Positions 8,775 to 17,774 of a DNA stretch of 64,000 nt are shown in pieces (the stretch's first letter is position 1; every line of letters starts with the position of its first letter). The position numbers were made by a program, and so were the translations under genes. The DNA lies in the NCBI GenBank assembly GCA_027068075.1, contig JAMOUJ010000006.1, forward strand, positions 462,359-526,358, given 5' to 3'. Source of the stretch: Candidatus Aminicenantes bacterium. Its GTDB lineage: Bacteria > Acidobacteriota > Aminicenantia > S016-38. The notes under the pieces are model-generated. The model did no database searches and was not told the DNA's origin. It saw only the letters and a list, made by a program, of their open reading frames with translations.

Positions 8775-9404
8775 ATGAGGAAATTGGCAACCGTTTTTGC
8801 AACCATCGGATTAGCGGGGTTTCTAATGGCGGGAAACAAGGATAAGAACAAGACCACGACTCCCACGGCCACTACCAGGGGTACCGTCACCGTCAAGAGT
8901 ACTTCAAGTTCTTTACCTCAAACCCTGGGTTCTCTCCAGAAGAAGGGAAAAGAAGTGAAAAACCTGCGTCTCGGGAGGGAAAAAGTGGGGGTGAGAAAGA
9001 GGAAACAGATTAAAACCCAGGAGCAAATACCTCAGGAGGTTAGAAAACGCGCCAGAAAGAGAATCCAAAACCGCCAGAGGCACCGGAATTTCATTGACGA
9101 AGACGGCGATGGGATTAACGACCTGTTGCAGGATGCTGATGGGGACGGTATTCCCAACGGTAAGGATCCGGATTGGATGTGCCCCAACTGCGGTTCCAGG
9201 GTTCAAACCCATGTCCGGGAGAGAGACCATCACCAAAACCGCCAGGGAATGACGCACCACGAATGTCCGCATTCCGGTGGTTCCAAGAAACATCAGGAGA
9301 AATACCGTAAAAACGATCGTTCTCCCCATCGGGATAAGAAACACGACAACGGTCACAGGCACGGCCATCACCACCACGGAGGAAACAACAACCACCATGG
9401 GTAA
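8775..9404 (+). CDS. Secreted His-rich protein with DxDxDG Ca-binding-like repeats
   Basis: AGGAGG RBS before the ATG at 8775 (the track ORF starts at GTG 8751). Signal peptide MRKLATVFATIGLAGFLMAG, repeats DEDGDGINDLLQDADGDGIPNGKD, and C-terminal tail HDNGHRHGHHHHGGNNNHHG. Confidence 0.7.
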   Translation: MRKLATVFATIGLAGFLMAGNKDKNKTTTPTATTRGTVTVKSTSSSLPQTLGSLQKKGKEVKNLRLGREKVGVRKRKQIKTQEQIPQEVRKRARKRIQNRQRHRNFIDEDGDGINDLLQDADGDGIPNGKDPDWMCPNCGSRVQTHVRERDHHQNRQGMTHHECPHSGGSKKHQEKYRKNDRSPHRDKKHDNGHRHGHHHHGGNNNHHG

Positions 9405-10485
9405 TAGAACCGGATCGTTCAGGAGGGGGCTGGTCCCCCTCCTATTTTCGGTTTTTGTGGTATGCTCACTTCTATTTCCTTTGAGAGCCCAGGATGTTTC
9501 CCTTGGCTTTTCCTATTCTGCCACGGCAAGTTCCAACATATTCAACAACTACGAGAAGGTGGGTGATTTCATAAACAGAGGATGGTTGGACTTATCCGTT
9601 TACCCCAGCAGGGAACTTGAATTTTATCTGTCCACCGGTTATTCCCTGTTTCAAAAAAATCCATACCTTAATTTCCTAACCGTGGAATTGGGAGCAGATT
9701 GGGTAAGGTATTTGAAGGGCAGAAGCATGATTCATTTCAACGCCGGCGTGGACCTGCAGCGTTTCAAAACGGAATACGACTATTACAACTACTACCAGCC
9801 CTTTTTTCAGGGAGACTTCAAGTATTACATAAACCCTTCTCTTCTGTTCAGGGCTTCGTATGTTTTTGAGTACACCAGGTTTGTATATTTTCCAGACTAT
9901 TCCAACCATAAACACCGATTATTCGTCCAGATAAACAAATTCCTTCCCCTCAAAATGACCCTGCGGGGCGAGGCAGGAGCGAGGTTCAAGGTTTACACCG
10001 GAGACGGTTCCAGAATAAAACAAATTTACGGCAGGTTGAGGCTATCCAAGGGGCTGGGATACAAAATAGGACTGACCGGGGAAGTTACCCTCAAGAAAAA
10101 CTATGTTTCCGAATCCGTTCCCGGCAGAATAGAGGAAAATTTCTTCTTCAACACGCCCTTTTACGACGAGTTTTCTTGGGACGGTGCCTGGGGTTTTCTT
10201 CAGATGAAGGCCATTTTGCCGCACGAAATTGAATTCGCCACCAGGGTGAGTTATTACAGAAGAGATTTTCCCCACATATTGGCCCTGGATCTGGAAGGGA
10301 ATCCCCTCCAGCCTACCCAGGATAGAGAGGATAACCTGAAACAATTTAGAGTTTCGTTAAAGAGAAGGTGGCCTTCCGTGGAAATTTCCCTGATCTACAT
10401 GTACAGATCCAATGCCTCCAATGATCCATATTTCACCTTCTCCGACGGAATAGTTATGCTCAGCACCGGGCTCTTCTTTCGTTAA
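9397..10485 (+). CDS. Putative outer-membrane beta-barrel protein
   Basis: The ATG at 9397 overlaps the upstream stop by 8 nt. Signal peptide LLFPLRAQD, alternating aromatic/Tyr-rich strands, and an aromatic-rich C-terminus (TGLFFR). Confidence 0.6.
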   Translation: MGNRTGSFRRGLVPLLFSVFVVCSLLFPLRAQDVSLGFSYSATASSNIFNNYEKVGDFINRGWLDLSVYPSRELEFYLSTGYSLFQKNPYLNFLTVELGADWVRYLKGRSMIHFNAGVDLQRFKTEYDYYNYYQPFFQGDFKYYINPSLLFRASYVFEYTRFVYFPDYSNHKHRLFVQINKFLPLKMTLRGEAGARFKVYTGDGSRIKQIYGRLRLSKGLGYKIGLTGEVTLKKNYVSESVPGRIEENFFFNTPFYDEFSWDGAWGFLQMKAILPHEIEFATRVSYYRRDFPHILALDLEGNPLQPTQDREDNLKQFRVSLKRRWPSVEISLIYMYRSNASNDPYFTFSDGIVMLSTGLFFR

Positions 10486-10488
10486 AAA

Positions 10489-10914
10489 ATGAGAAAAATA
10501 GCAGGTCTTCTTCTCCTTTTTTTCCTGATGGGAGGGGAGGTCTGCTTTTACTTCTCTCCTGACAGGAAGGTGGAGATAGAGGGGAAGGTAGAAGCGGTAA
10601 GGGAAAACCAGAGATTTTGTCGTTCCCCGTATTTTGTGGTCTTGGAGGTAAAGGATGGGGGAGGAAAAATTTTCAGGGTTTACACATCGCCCCGTTGGTT
10701 TTTCACCCTCAGACCCCAGGTAGGAGAAAAAGTGAAAATCAAAGGAGCCTTCTGGGATGAAAACAAGGAGTATGTTATAGCCGAGTGGATATACTTCAGA
10801 GGAGAAAAAATATACTTGAGGGATGAGAGGGGGTTTCCCCTCTGGAGCCGTAGGTTGCGAAGGGGTCGGCTGGCGAGGAAAAGGTTTGGAAAACCATGGG
10901 AAAAAGGACGGTAA
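10489..10914 (+). CDS. Small exported hypothetical protein with an Arg-rich tail (possibly OB-fold-like)
   Basis: Signal peptide MRKIAGLLLLFFLMGG, 3-nt gap from the upstream gene, and tail RRLRRGRLARKRFGKPWEKGR. Confidence 0.55.
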   Translation: MRKIAGLLLLFFLMGGEVCFYFSPDRKVEIEGKVEAVRENQRFCRSPYFVVLEVKDGGGKIFRVYTSPRWFFTLRPQVGEKVKIKGAFWDENKEYVIAEWIYFRGEKIYLRDERGFPLWSRRLRRGRLARKRFGKPWEKGR

Positions 10915-12074
10915 TCCTCTTTCTCCTTCCCTTCCTGTTTCTGGCAATCTTTTACGCTTATTTTTTCTCCTATGTTAATTCTAAAAACCAGCAGAGAGTT
11001 ATGGATCTTGCCCTGGCCCAGGCGAAGATCAACACCGCCTTTATTGAGGTGGCAGGGAAGCACCTGCTGGAGGAAGGGGAGGAGAACCTTGAAAATTTCC
11101 TTTCCCGCTTGATGGAAGACGAGGAGGTCGTATATGTGGCGGTGGAGAAGAAGGGAAAACTCACATTCTGGGATAGCAAGTATCCGGGGTATCTACCCAT
11201 ACAGAAAAGAACCTCCCCCAGGATTTTCCCTTCCCCCATAGGGAGTATACTGGAAATGAGGGGGGAGATTGGAGAAGGGGTTTTCGTATACCTCGGGATT
11301 GATTTTTCCCTGTTGGACGAGATTAAAAAAAGATCCTTCGTAAACTTTCTGGTGGTTTTTTCCTCCCTTCTTTTGTTTTCAGCCCTGTCTTTTGCCTACA
11401 TTCTCTATGTAAACCACCTCTACTTCAAAAAAGAGGAGGAAGTTTTCAGGGAGAGACAGGAAAAGGAAAGGTTTAGAGAACTCAGCCTTTTAACTTCTTC
11501 CCTTTCCCACGAACTTAAAAACCCCATAAACAACCTTTATTTAAACCTTCAACTTCTGGAGAGAAAACTCCGGGAAGACGACCTGGCCAGGTATCTTTCC
11601 AGGCTTAAGCAAGAGGCCAGGAGGCTCTCCGACATAGTGGAAACCCATTTATCCCTGATAAAACTCAGTCCCCACCGGGAAAAGGTGAAGTTAAAGGACC
11701 TCCTTCCCCTGGAGTATCCCCTGGTTCTGCATCTGGAGGTAGATAAAGACCTGGAATTAGAGACTGACCCCAAACTTTTCCGCCTCATACTTTCCAACCT
11801 CCTTCGCAATTCCGCCGAAGCCGGAGCGAAAAATGTCTGGCTCCGGTGGAAAGAGAGGCGCCTGGAGGTAGAAGACGATGCCGGTGGAGTCGGCCAGGAG
11901 CATTTGGAAACCTTGTTTGAACCCTTTTACTCAGGGAAAAAGGAGGGCAGCGGCATAGGCCTGGCCCTCGTAAGGAGGGTGGCTGAGGCCCTGGGTATAA
12001 AAATAAAGGCAGAAAACGGAGAAAATGGTCTTAAAATAATAATGGAGTTTAAAGATGAAGATTCTGATAATTGA
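10896..12074 (+). CDS. Membrane sensor histidine kinase
   Basis: Two TM segments flank a periplasmic domain of about 120 aa. H-box SSLSHELKNPIN and HATPase motifs NLLRNSAEA, EDDAGGV and GSGIGLALV. Confidence 0.85.
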   Translation: MGKRTVILFLLPFLFLAIFYAYFFSYVNSKNQQRVMDLALAQAKINTAFIEVAGKHLLEEGEENLENFLSRLMEDEEVVYVAVEKKGKLTFWDSKYPGYLPIQKRTSPRIFPSPIGSILEMRGEIGEGVFVYLGIDFSLLDEIKKRSFVNFLVVFSSLLLFSALSFAYILYVNHLYFKKEEEVFRERQEKERFRELSLLTSSLSHELKNPINNLYLNLQLLERKLREDDLARYLSRLKQEARRLSDIVETHLSLIKLSPHREKVKLKDLLPLEYPLVLHLEVDKDLELETDPKLFRLILSNLLRNSAEAGAKNVWLRWKERRLEVEDDAGGVGQEHLETLFEPFYSGKKEGSGIGLALVRRVAEALGIKIKAENGENGLKIIMEFKDEDSDN

Positions 12075-13395
12075 GGATGAGAAGCCCTCGGCAGAAGCCC
12101 TTAAGGAGTTCCTGCTGGAGAGGGGAGACCAGGTAGAAGTGGCTGAGAACGGAGCCCGGGGTCTGGAAAGGTTTCGGCAGGGGGGCTTTGATGTGGTTCT
12201 TCTGGACTGGAAACTCCCTGACATGGACGGCGAAGATGTTTTTAAACAGATCAGGGAAATAAATCCCCTGAGCCTGGTCATATTCATAACCGCCTACGCC
12301 ATGGTGGATAAGGCGGTTAAGGTTCTGAAAGAAGGTGCCTTTTACTACATGACCAAACCTATAGAACTGGATCAACTGGACCATTTGCTCAAAGAGGCGG
12401 AGGAGAAACTGAACCTCCGCAGGGAAGTAGAAGTTCTCAGGGAAACCCTGGGTGATAAGTACACCTTTGAAAACTTCGTGGCCCGTTCCAGAAGGATGCA
12501 GGAAGTTCTTTCGTTGGCCGTCAGGGCTGCCCGCTCCACCGCCAGTATCCTGATAACTGGAGAAAGCGGAACGGGCAAGGAAAAACTTGCCAGAATAATC
12601 CATGGGGCCTCTCCCCGGGCCAATGGTCCCTTCATCGCAGTAAACCTCGCCGCCATTCCGGAAACCTTGATTGAAAGCGAACTGTTCGGAGCAGAAAAAG
12701 GTGCTTATACCGGCGCAGACAGGGCCAGACCCGGCAAATTTGAACTGGCCTCCGGAGGGACCCTTTTCCTGGACGAAATCTCCGAAATACCACCGGCGGT
12801 TCAGGTGAAACTCTTAAGAGTTCTTCAGGAAAGAGAAGTTCAGAGACTGGGTTCTTCCAGGTCCAAAAAGGTGGATGTGAGAATAATATCCGCCACCAAC
12901 CGGAATCTCCAGGAACTCGTGGAAAGGGGAGAATTCAGAAGCGACCTTTATTACCGCCTTAATGTGATTGAAATAAAACTTCCTCCCCTGCGGAAAAGAA
13001 GGGAGGAAATTCCGGCTCTGGTGGAAGTTTTTATAAAAAAGTATTCCGCCTACAACGGCAAGGAAATAAAGGGTATAACCCGGGAGGCCCTGGAGGCCCT
13101 CATGAAATACCGTTTTCCGGGGAATATTCGGGAACTTGAAAACATAATAGAGAGGGCAGTGGTGCTGAGCCGTGGGGAATACATAGGCCTGGAGGACCTT
13201 CCCCCCCACATCCTCCGGGAGAAAAGGAAGAGGGGAGGGGGACTTCAGGAGAGACTCCGGGAGGAAGAAATCAGAATAATAAAGGAAGCACTGGAGGAAA
13301 GCGGGTGGAATCAAAGCGAAGCAGCCCGCCGCCTGGGCATATCCGAAAGCACCCTCCGTTACCGCATGAAAATCTTAGGGCTGCAAAAACCCTGA
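12055..13395 (+). CDS. Sigma-54-dependent response regulator (NtrC family)
   Basis: REC (ILIIEDE, VVLLDWKLPD), AAA+ Walker A GESGTGKE, GAYTGA sigma-54 contact loop, and a C-terminal Fis-type HTH (AARRLGISESTLRYRMK). Confidence 0.9.
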   Translation: MKILIIEDEKPSAEALKEFLLERGDQVEVAENGARGLERFRQGGFDVVLLDWKLPDMDGEDVFKQIREINPLSLVIFITAYAMVDKAVKVLKEGAFYYMTKPIELDQLDHLLKEAEEKLNLRREVEVLRETLGDKYTFENFVARSRRMQEVLSLAVRAARSTASILITGESGTGKEKLARIIHGASPRANGPFIAVNLAAIPETLIESELFGAEKGAYTGADRARPGKFELASGGTLFLDEISEIPPAVQVKLLRVLQEREVQRLGSSRSKKVDVRIISATNRNLQELVERGEFRSDLYYRLNVIEIKLPPLRKRREEIPALVEVFIKKYSAYNGKEIKGITREALEALMKYRFPGNIRELENIIERAVVLSRGEYIGLEDLPPHILREKRKRGGGLQERLREEEIRIIKEALEESGWNQSEAARRLGISESTLRYRMKILGLQKP

Positions 13396-13439
13396 ATGTA
13401 GTAGAATAGAATTGTAGAGATGATTGAAGGAGGTGAAAA

Positions 13440-13799
13440 ATGAGAAGGTGGCTCTTCCTATTCCTGGCAGCGGCTCTTTTCCTCTGGGGTTGTAAGGGAA
13501 CTGCTGACTTTCCCAGGGAAGTGAAATTTGAAGTCACTTCCACTCCTTCCGGGAAAATATTTTCCGGAATTTACGGGAACACCAGGGTAACCGACACCAT
13601 TACCAGGGCCAGGACCCCTCAAACCTATACCACAGAACTTCGGGATCAGATGGATGTTGCCTCCGGCGTTTTCAAAAAGGTAGATCCAGGGACATGGCAA
13701 CTGACGGTTAAGGTGTATGTAAACGGCCAACTCAAAGACCAGGCTTCAACCTCTGGGGAAAATGGTTCCATCACCCTCTCCGTCAGCGGCATGGATTGA
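13440..13799 (+). CDS. Small lipoprotein, hypothetical
   Basis: Lipobox-like LFLWGC, GGAGG RBS, last gene of the co-oriented cluster. Confidence 0.6.
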   Translation: MRRWLFLFLAAALFLWGCKGTADFPREVKFEVTSTPSGKIFSGIYGNTRVTDTITRARTPQTYTTELRDQMDVASGVFKKVDPGTWQLTVKVYVNGQLKDQASTSGENGSITLSVSGMD

Positions 13800-13826
13800 A
13801 CGGCGAAGTTAAAAAATGTGAATTGA

Positions 13827-14480
13827 TCAGCGGAATCTCCTTCTGACCGGAGGCATTTCTCCCACCACCTTGAAAACATGGCTCCTGGCCACTTCCCTGC
13901 ATCCCGCAAGGAGGCGAATATTCAAAAATTTCCCCAGCAAACCCTTCCCTCCGCACCCGGCAGGCACCTTCCAGGAGAAGGAAGTTTTCCCCAGGGGAAC
14001 CTCCCCTAAACTGCAGACCATTTCCTCGCCGCGCCATAGGGAAAGTTCTCCCTTTCCCTCCCCGACCTCAGGCCAGGACAGGACCACCGCATCCCCTGCC
14101 CGGTATTCGGTCAGGTCTGGCTCCAGGGAGATGTGGGCCACGGGCAATTCCTTGAGAAGGAAGTATTCGCTCCTGGCCTCTCCGTCCTTCCAGACGGCCC
14201 TGAGGAAGTACTTCCCCTCGTGGAGACCCCCGCACAAACCCTTCCTGGGAATCCAGAAGAACATGCCGTGGGTGAGTTCAACCCCAGAGGCTATTTTGCA
14301 ATTGTTCCCCAGGAAGAAATCCAGTTTAACGGTGGAAGGACGGGAGAATCCCTTGAAACTCCACCTTACCTCGTATGGTCCGCTTTCCAGATACCAAACC
14401 TCCCCCCTGGCAGGAGTTTCAAATTTTATTTCCCCGGGAAGGAGAAACAGACCTAAAAGCAGAAAAACCGTAAACTTCAT
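13827..14480 (-). CDS. Secreted hypothetical with two Ig-like repeats
   Basis: Signal peptide MKFTVFLLLGLFLLPG and an internal duplication (Y-x-V-x-W ... K pattern appears twice). Preferred over the overlapping + strand ORF 13870-14526, which lacks a signal peptide or RBS. Confidence 0.55.
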   Translation of the reverse strand: MKFTVFLLLGLFLLPGEIKFETPARGEVWYLESGPYEVRWSFKGFSRPSTVKLDFFLGNNCKIASGVELTHGMFFWIPRKGLCGGLHEGKYFLRAVWKDGEARSEYFLLKELPVAHISLEPDLTEYRAGDAVVLSWPEVGEGKGELSLWRGEEMVCSLGEVPLGKTSFSWKVPAGCGGKGLLGKFLNIRLLAGCREVARSHVFKVVGEMPPVRRRFR

Positions 14481-14573
14481 AAAAACATTCTACCATTGGA
14501 GGAAAGTCTTTTCAGCCCGGCCTTGAATCGTTAGAGAAATGGTCTTAAAATTGGATAAGATAAGGAGAAAAAG

Positions 14574-15647
14574 ATGAAGCGAGTTTTTACGATGGTAGGC
14601 CTTATTTTCCTGGGAGGTGCCATCCTGTCCGGGGAATGGACGGGTAAAACCTACAGGAAAGGGGGCTTCGTGGTGGTGGAAAACTACGGAAAGGGACTCT
14701 GGGGGGAGAGAATAACCGAGAAAATAAGGTTTGTAGAAAGTTTCTCCGTGGGGAGGGAGGACGGACAGGATTACGAAATCTTCAGTGCACAGATTCTCCT
14801 GGCGGTGAGTTCCGGAGGAGAAATGGCGGTTTTTGACCGCAAGCAATTTAAACTCCGCAAATATTCCAAGGAGGGGAAATTCCTCTGGGAAACGGGAAAA
14901 AAGGGCGAAGGCCCCGGAGAATTTAAATATCCCACAGGACTTTCCTTCAGCCCAGAGGGAGAAATTTGGGTGGTGGATTACCCCAAAAAAATTCACCGTT
15001 TTTCTTCAGAGGGTAAATTTAAAGGGGTGTTAAAAATTGAGGAGAATGTAGGGAACCTTTTCTTTTTGAAAAACGGCAGGATACTCGGGGCCCTGTTTTA
15101 TTCAAGAGGTAGCGGTTTAAGGGCGGCATTTTTTGACAGAAAAATGAAAAAACTGGCGGATTTTCCCTTTCAATACAGTTTCGGTCCCAAAAGCCCGATC
15201 GGAGAAAGTTTCGTTGAGGATAAAGTGATCGCCTCTGGAGGAGAAGTAATCTTCGCCCTTCCGGACAAATACGAAGTGGCGGTTTTCAGTGAAGACGGAT
15301 CCCCCCTTATTAAAATCATAAGAAAAATTCACTTCAAACCAACAGAAATTAAAATAGTGGGAGGGGGAGGAATATCCATAACCACCGGCGACGAAGTGGG
15401 ACCATGCTTTTACTTTAAAAACGCCTATTATGTAGTTCAATTTGGGAAAATAAAGGTAAGGGGCAAAGAGGATTACTACGAAAACTTCCTTGACTTTTAC
15501 ACGCAGGAAGGAAAACTCCTGGGTTCATACCCTCTACCTCCGGAAACCACCCTCAAATGGGTAGACGATGAGTCCAACTTCTACTTCTTCCAGAAAGAGC
15601 CCTTCCCCCGGATCTACAGAGCCCGCTTCGTCCTCCGCCAACCCTAA
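14574..15647 (+). CDS. 6-bladed beta-propeller (NHL/TolB-like) protein, paralog 1
   Basis: Signal/TM at the N-terminus and motif GEGPGEFKYPTGLSFSPEGEIWVVD. Similar in length and motifs to 23810-24877 and 33544-34686. Confidence 0.65.
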   Translation: MKRVFTMVGLIFLGGAILSGEWTGKTYRKGGFVVVENYGKGLWGERITEKIRFVESFSVGREDGQDYEIFSAQILLAVSSGGEMAVFDRKQFKLRKYSKEGKFLWETGKKGEGPGEFKYPTGLSFSPEGEIWVVDYPKKIHRFSSEGKFKGVLKIEENVGNLFFLKNGRILGALFYSRGSGLRAAFFDRKMKKLADFPFQYSFGPKSPIGESFVEDKVIASGGEVIFALPDKYEVAVFSEDGSPLIKIIRKIHFKPTEIKIVGGGGISITTGDEVGPCFYFKNAYYVVQFGKIKVRGKEDYYENFLDFYTQEGKLLGSYPLPPETTLKWVDDESNFYFFQKEPFPRIYRARFVLRQP

Positions 15648-15697
15648 CCCCACTTGACAAATTCATGCATGAACAAAAATTTGAAGGAGGAGGGACG

Positions 15698-15910
15698 ATG
15701 ATAAAGATAACTTTTTGGTTGAGGGTTAAGGGGAGGAAAGATTTGGTAAAGAAGGTTTTTAGAGGAGACAATAATTTTTCCGGGGGAGAGGCCATGGAGC
15801 GGTTGAGGGAGGAGATGAGGGGCGTTGATTACACCATTGAGGGATTTGAATTTACCTGGATTGAGGATCCTATGGTCCCTCCAGAATTGAAAGACCGGGG
15901 GCGGGGTTAA
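15698..15910 (+). CDS. Small hypothetical protein (70 aa)
   Basis: GAAGGAGGAGGG RBS directly before the ATG at 15698 (the track ORF starts at 15665). No recognisable domain. Confidence 0.45.
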   Translation: MIKITFWLRVKGRKDLVKKVFRGDNNFSGGEAMERLREEMRGVDYTIEGFEFTWIEDPMVPPELKDRGRG

Positions 15911-16081
15911 ATCCTAATTTTCAAAGAGGGCTGGCGACCACCGGGATTAACCTTTCGGAGATTTTCCTTCTCTCCCTCTGGTGTTGAAGAATCCAACGAG
16001 GTTATTTTTTAAGTTTACCTGCGGATTTTCTTGTGTTACCATGGAGTTTGGGGAATTTAAAGGGCGTAAGGAGGTGTGTGC

Positions 16082-17761
16082 ATGAAAGGGTATTCGGTCC
16101 TTTTTAGTTTTTTCGCTTTGATGTCCGTATTTTTGACGGTGGGTTGCGGAAGGGGGGAAGGGGAACTCAGGAAGTTTATCCGGGAAAAGTCCTCCCAACT
16201 CAGCAGGTTGGAGACCCGCCTGAACCTCGCCGAGTGGGAGGCGGCCACCAGCGGTACTGAGGAAGCCTACAAAAAACTTCAGGAAGCCAAGGACCGTTAT
16301 ACCGTGTTTTTGGCCAACAGTAAGGATTTTAAGTTTCTCAAATCCTGGCTCCTTAAAAAGGATAAAATCAAAGACCCGCTTCTCCGGCGGGAGTTGGAAA
16401 TTCTCTACAATTATTACCTTCCAAACCAGGTTAACCCGGAATTGATGAGGAAAATCAACGGCCTGGAGACCGAAATCGCCAGAAAATTCGCCACCTACAG
16501 GGCGAAAATTGACGGGAAGGAATATTCCCTGAACGACATTGAAGAAGTTTTGAAGAACTCCAGGGACGAAGAACTCAGGAGGAAGGCCTGGGAAGGTCAG
16601 AAGGGGGTGGGCAGGATAGTGGAGGCTCCCCTCAAGGAACTCGTGAAACTCAGAAATAAGTTGGGCCGTTCCCTTGGTTTTAAAAATTATTACGAAATGA
16701 GGCTTGCGGCCACGGAGATGACGCCGGAACAACTTTTCAGGATCCTTGACCGGGTGGCGGAACTTACGGATGAGCCTTTCCGGAGGCTTAAGGCGAGAAT
16801 AGACGGGGAAATAGCCGCAAGGAGAGGAAAAAGGCCCGAAGAACTGATGCCCTGGGACTACGAGGACCCGTTTTTCCAGGAGGCCCCGGCGGTCTTCCAG
16901 GTTAACCTGGACAGGTTTTACAGGGGCAGGGATGTGGTCAAAATTGCCCTTGATTACTACGATTCCGTAGGGCTTGACCTCCACGATGTGATAGAGAGGA
17001 GCGATCTTTTTGAAAGGCCGGGCAAAAGCCCCCATGCCTTTGCCATTGACATAAACAGGGCCGGGGATGTAAGGATTCTTCTAAACATAAAGGACAACGA
17101 ATTCTGGATGATATCCGCCCTTCACGAACTGGGACACGCTGCCTATTCTAAATATGTGGACAAAACCGATCTCCCCTACTTGCTGAGGACCGAGGCCCAC
17201 ATGTTCACCACCGAAGCGGTGGCCATGTTCTTTGAGGATATGACCAGGAATCCGCACTGGATGGTGGAGATGCTCGGTGTCAAAAGGGAGGAAATAGAGC
17301 CTTACATTCAGGCCATGAAGGAGTACCTCAGCGCTAAGGCCCTGATTTTTGCCCGCTGGGACATGGTGATGACCCATTTTGAAAGGGATATGTACGAGAA
17401 CCCATACCAGAACTTGAATGCCCTGTGGTGGATTTACAAGAAGAGATATCAGAACCTCCGAAGGCCCCGGGGAAGAAACGAACCCGATTGGGCCGCTAAA
17501 ATCCACATCGCCCTTTATCCCGTTTATTATCACAATTACATGCTGGGGGAATTGCTGGCCTGTCAGTTCCATCGTTACATAATACGCCACATCTACGGTG
17601 GGCGCAGAGATGTTAGTTTTGCCCATGAACCCAGAATCGGCAGGTTTTTCGTAGAGGAGGTGTTTTCCCAGGGGGCCAAATACCGCTGGGACGAGATGAT
17701 TAGGCGGGCCACGGGAGAGCCTTTAAAGGTGGATTACTTCGTGGAAAGATTTTTCAGGTGA
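16082..17761 (+). CDS. Gluzincin metallopeptidase, M2/M3-like (ACE-like), lipoprotein
   Basis: HELGHAAY plus a downstream TEAVAMFFE (HEXXH+E), lipobox LTVGCG, and AAGGAGG 7 nt before the ATG at 16082. Confidence 0.65.
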   Translation: MKGYSVLFSFFALMSVFLTVGCGRGEGELRKFIREKSSQLSRLETRLNLAEWEAATSGTEEAYKKLQEAKDRYTVFLANSKDFKFLKSWLLKKDKIKDPLLRRELEILYNYYLPNQVNPELMRKINGLETEIARKFATYRAKIDGKEYSLNDIEEVLKNSRDEELRRKAWEGQKGVGRIVEAPLKELVKLRNKLGRSLGFKNYYEMRLAATEMTPEQLFRILDRVAELTDEPFRRLKARIDGEIAARRGKRPEELMPWDYEDPFFQEAPAVFQVNLDRFYRGRDVVKIALDYYDSVGLDLHDVIERSDLFERPGKSPHAFAIDINRAGDVRILLNIKDNEFWMISALHELGHAAYSKYVDKTDLPYLLRTEAHMFTTEAVAMFFEDMTRNPHWMVEMLGVKREEIEPYIQAMKEYLSAKALIFARWDMVMTHFERDMYENPYQNLNALWWIYKKRYQNLRRPRGRNEPDWAAKIHIALYPVYYHNYMLGELLACQFHRYIIRHIYGGRRDVSFAHEPRIGRFFVEEVFSQGAKYRWDEMIRRATGEPLKVDYFVERFFR

Positions 17762-17774
17762 AGGTTTAAACCCT

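Noticed and set aside
9277-9396. Upstream extension of the outer-membrane barrel ORF, and the 22628-22741 extension of the Cys-rich protein ORF
   Set aside because: The first extension overlaps the His-rich gene in another frame. The second contains the sigma-54 promoter itself. Internal starts that have an RBS and signal peptides are preferred.
15947-17035. 362-aa ORF on the minus strand, antisense to the M2/M3-like peptidase gene
   Set aside because: It has no RBS or signal features, and its composition is low-complexity and Pro/Gly/Phe-rich. The plus-strand gene has clear HEXXH+E motifs and a lipobox. This is a typical shadow ORF of a purine-rich coding strand.
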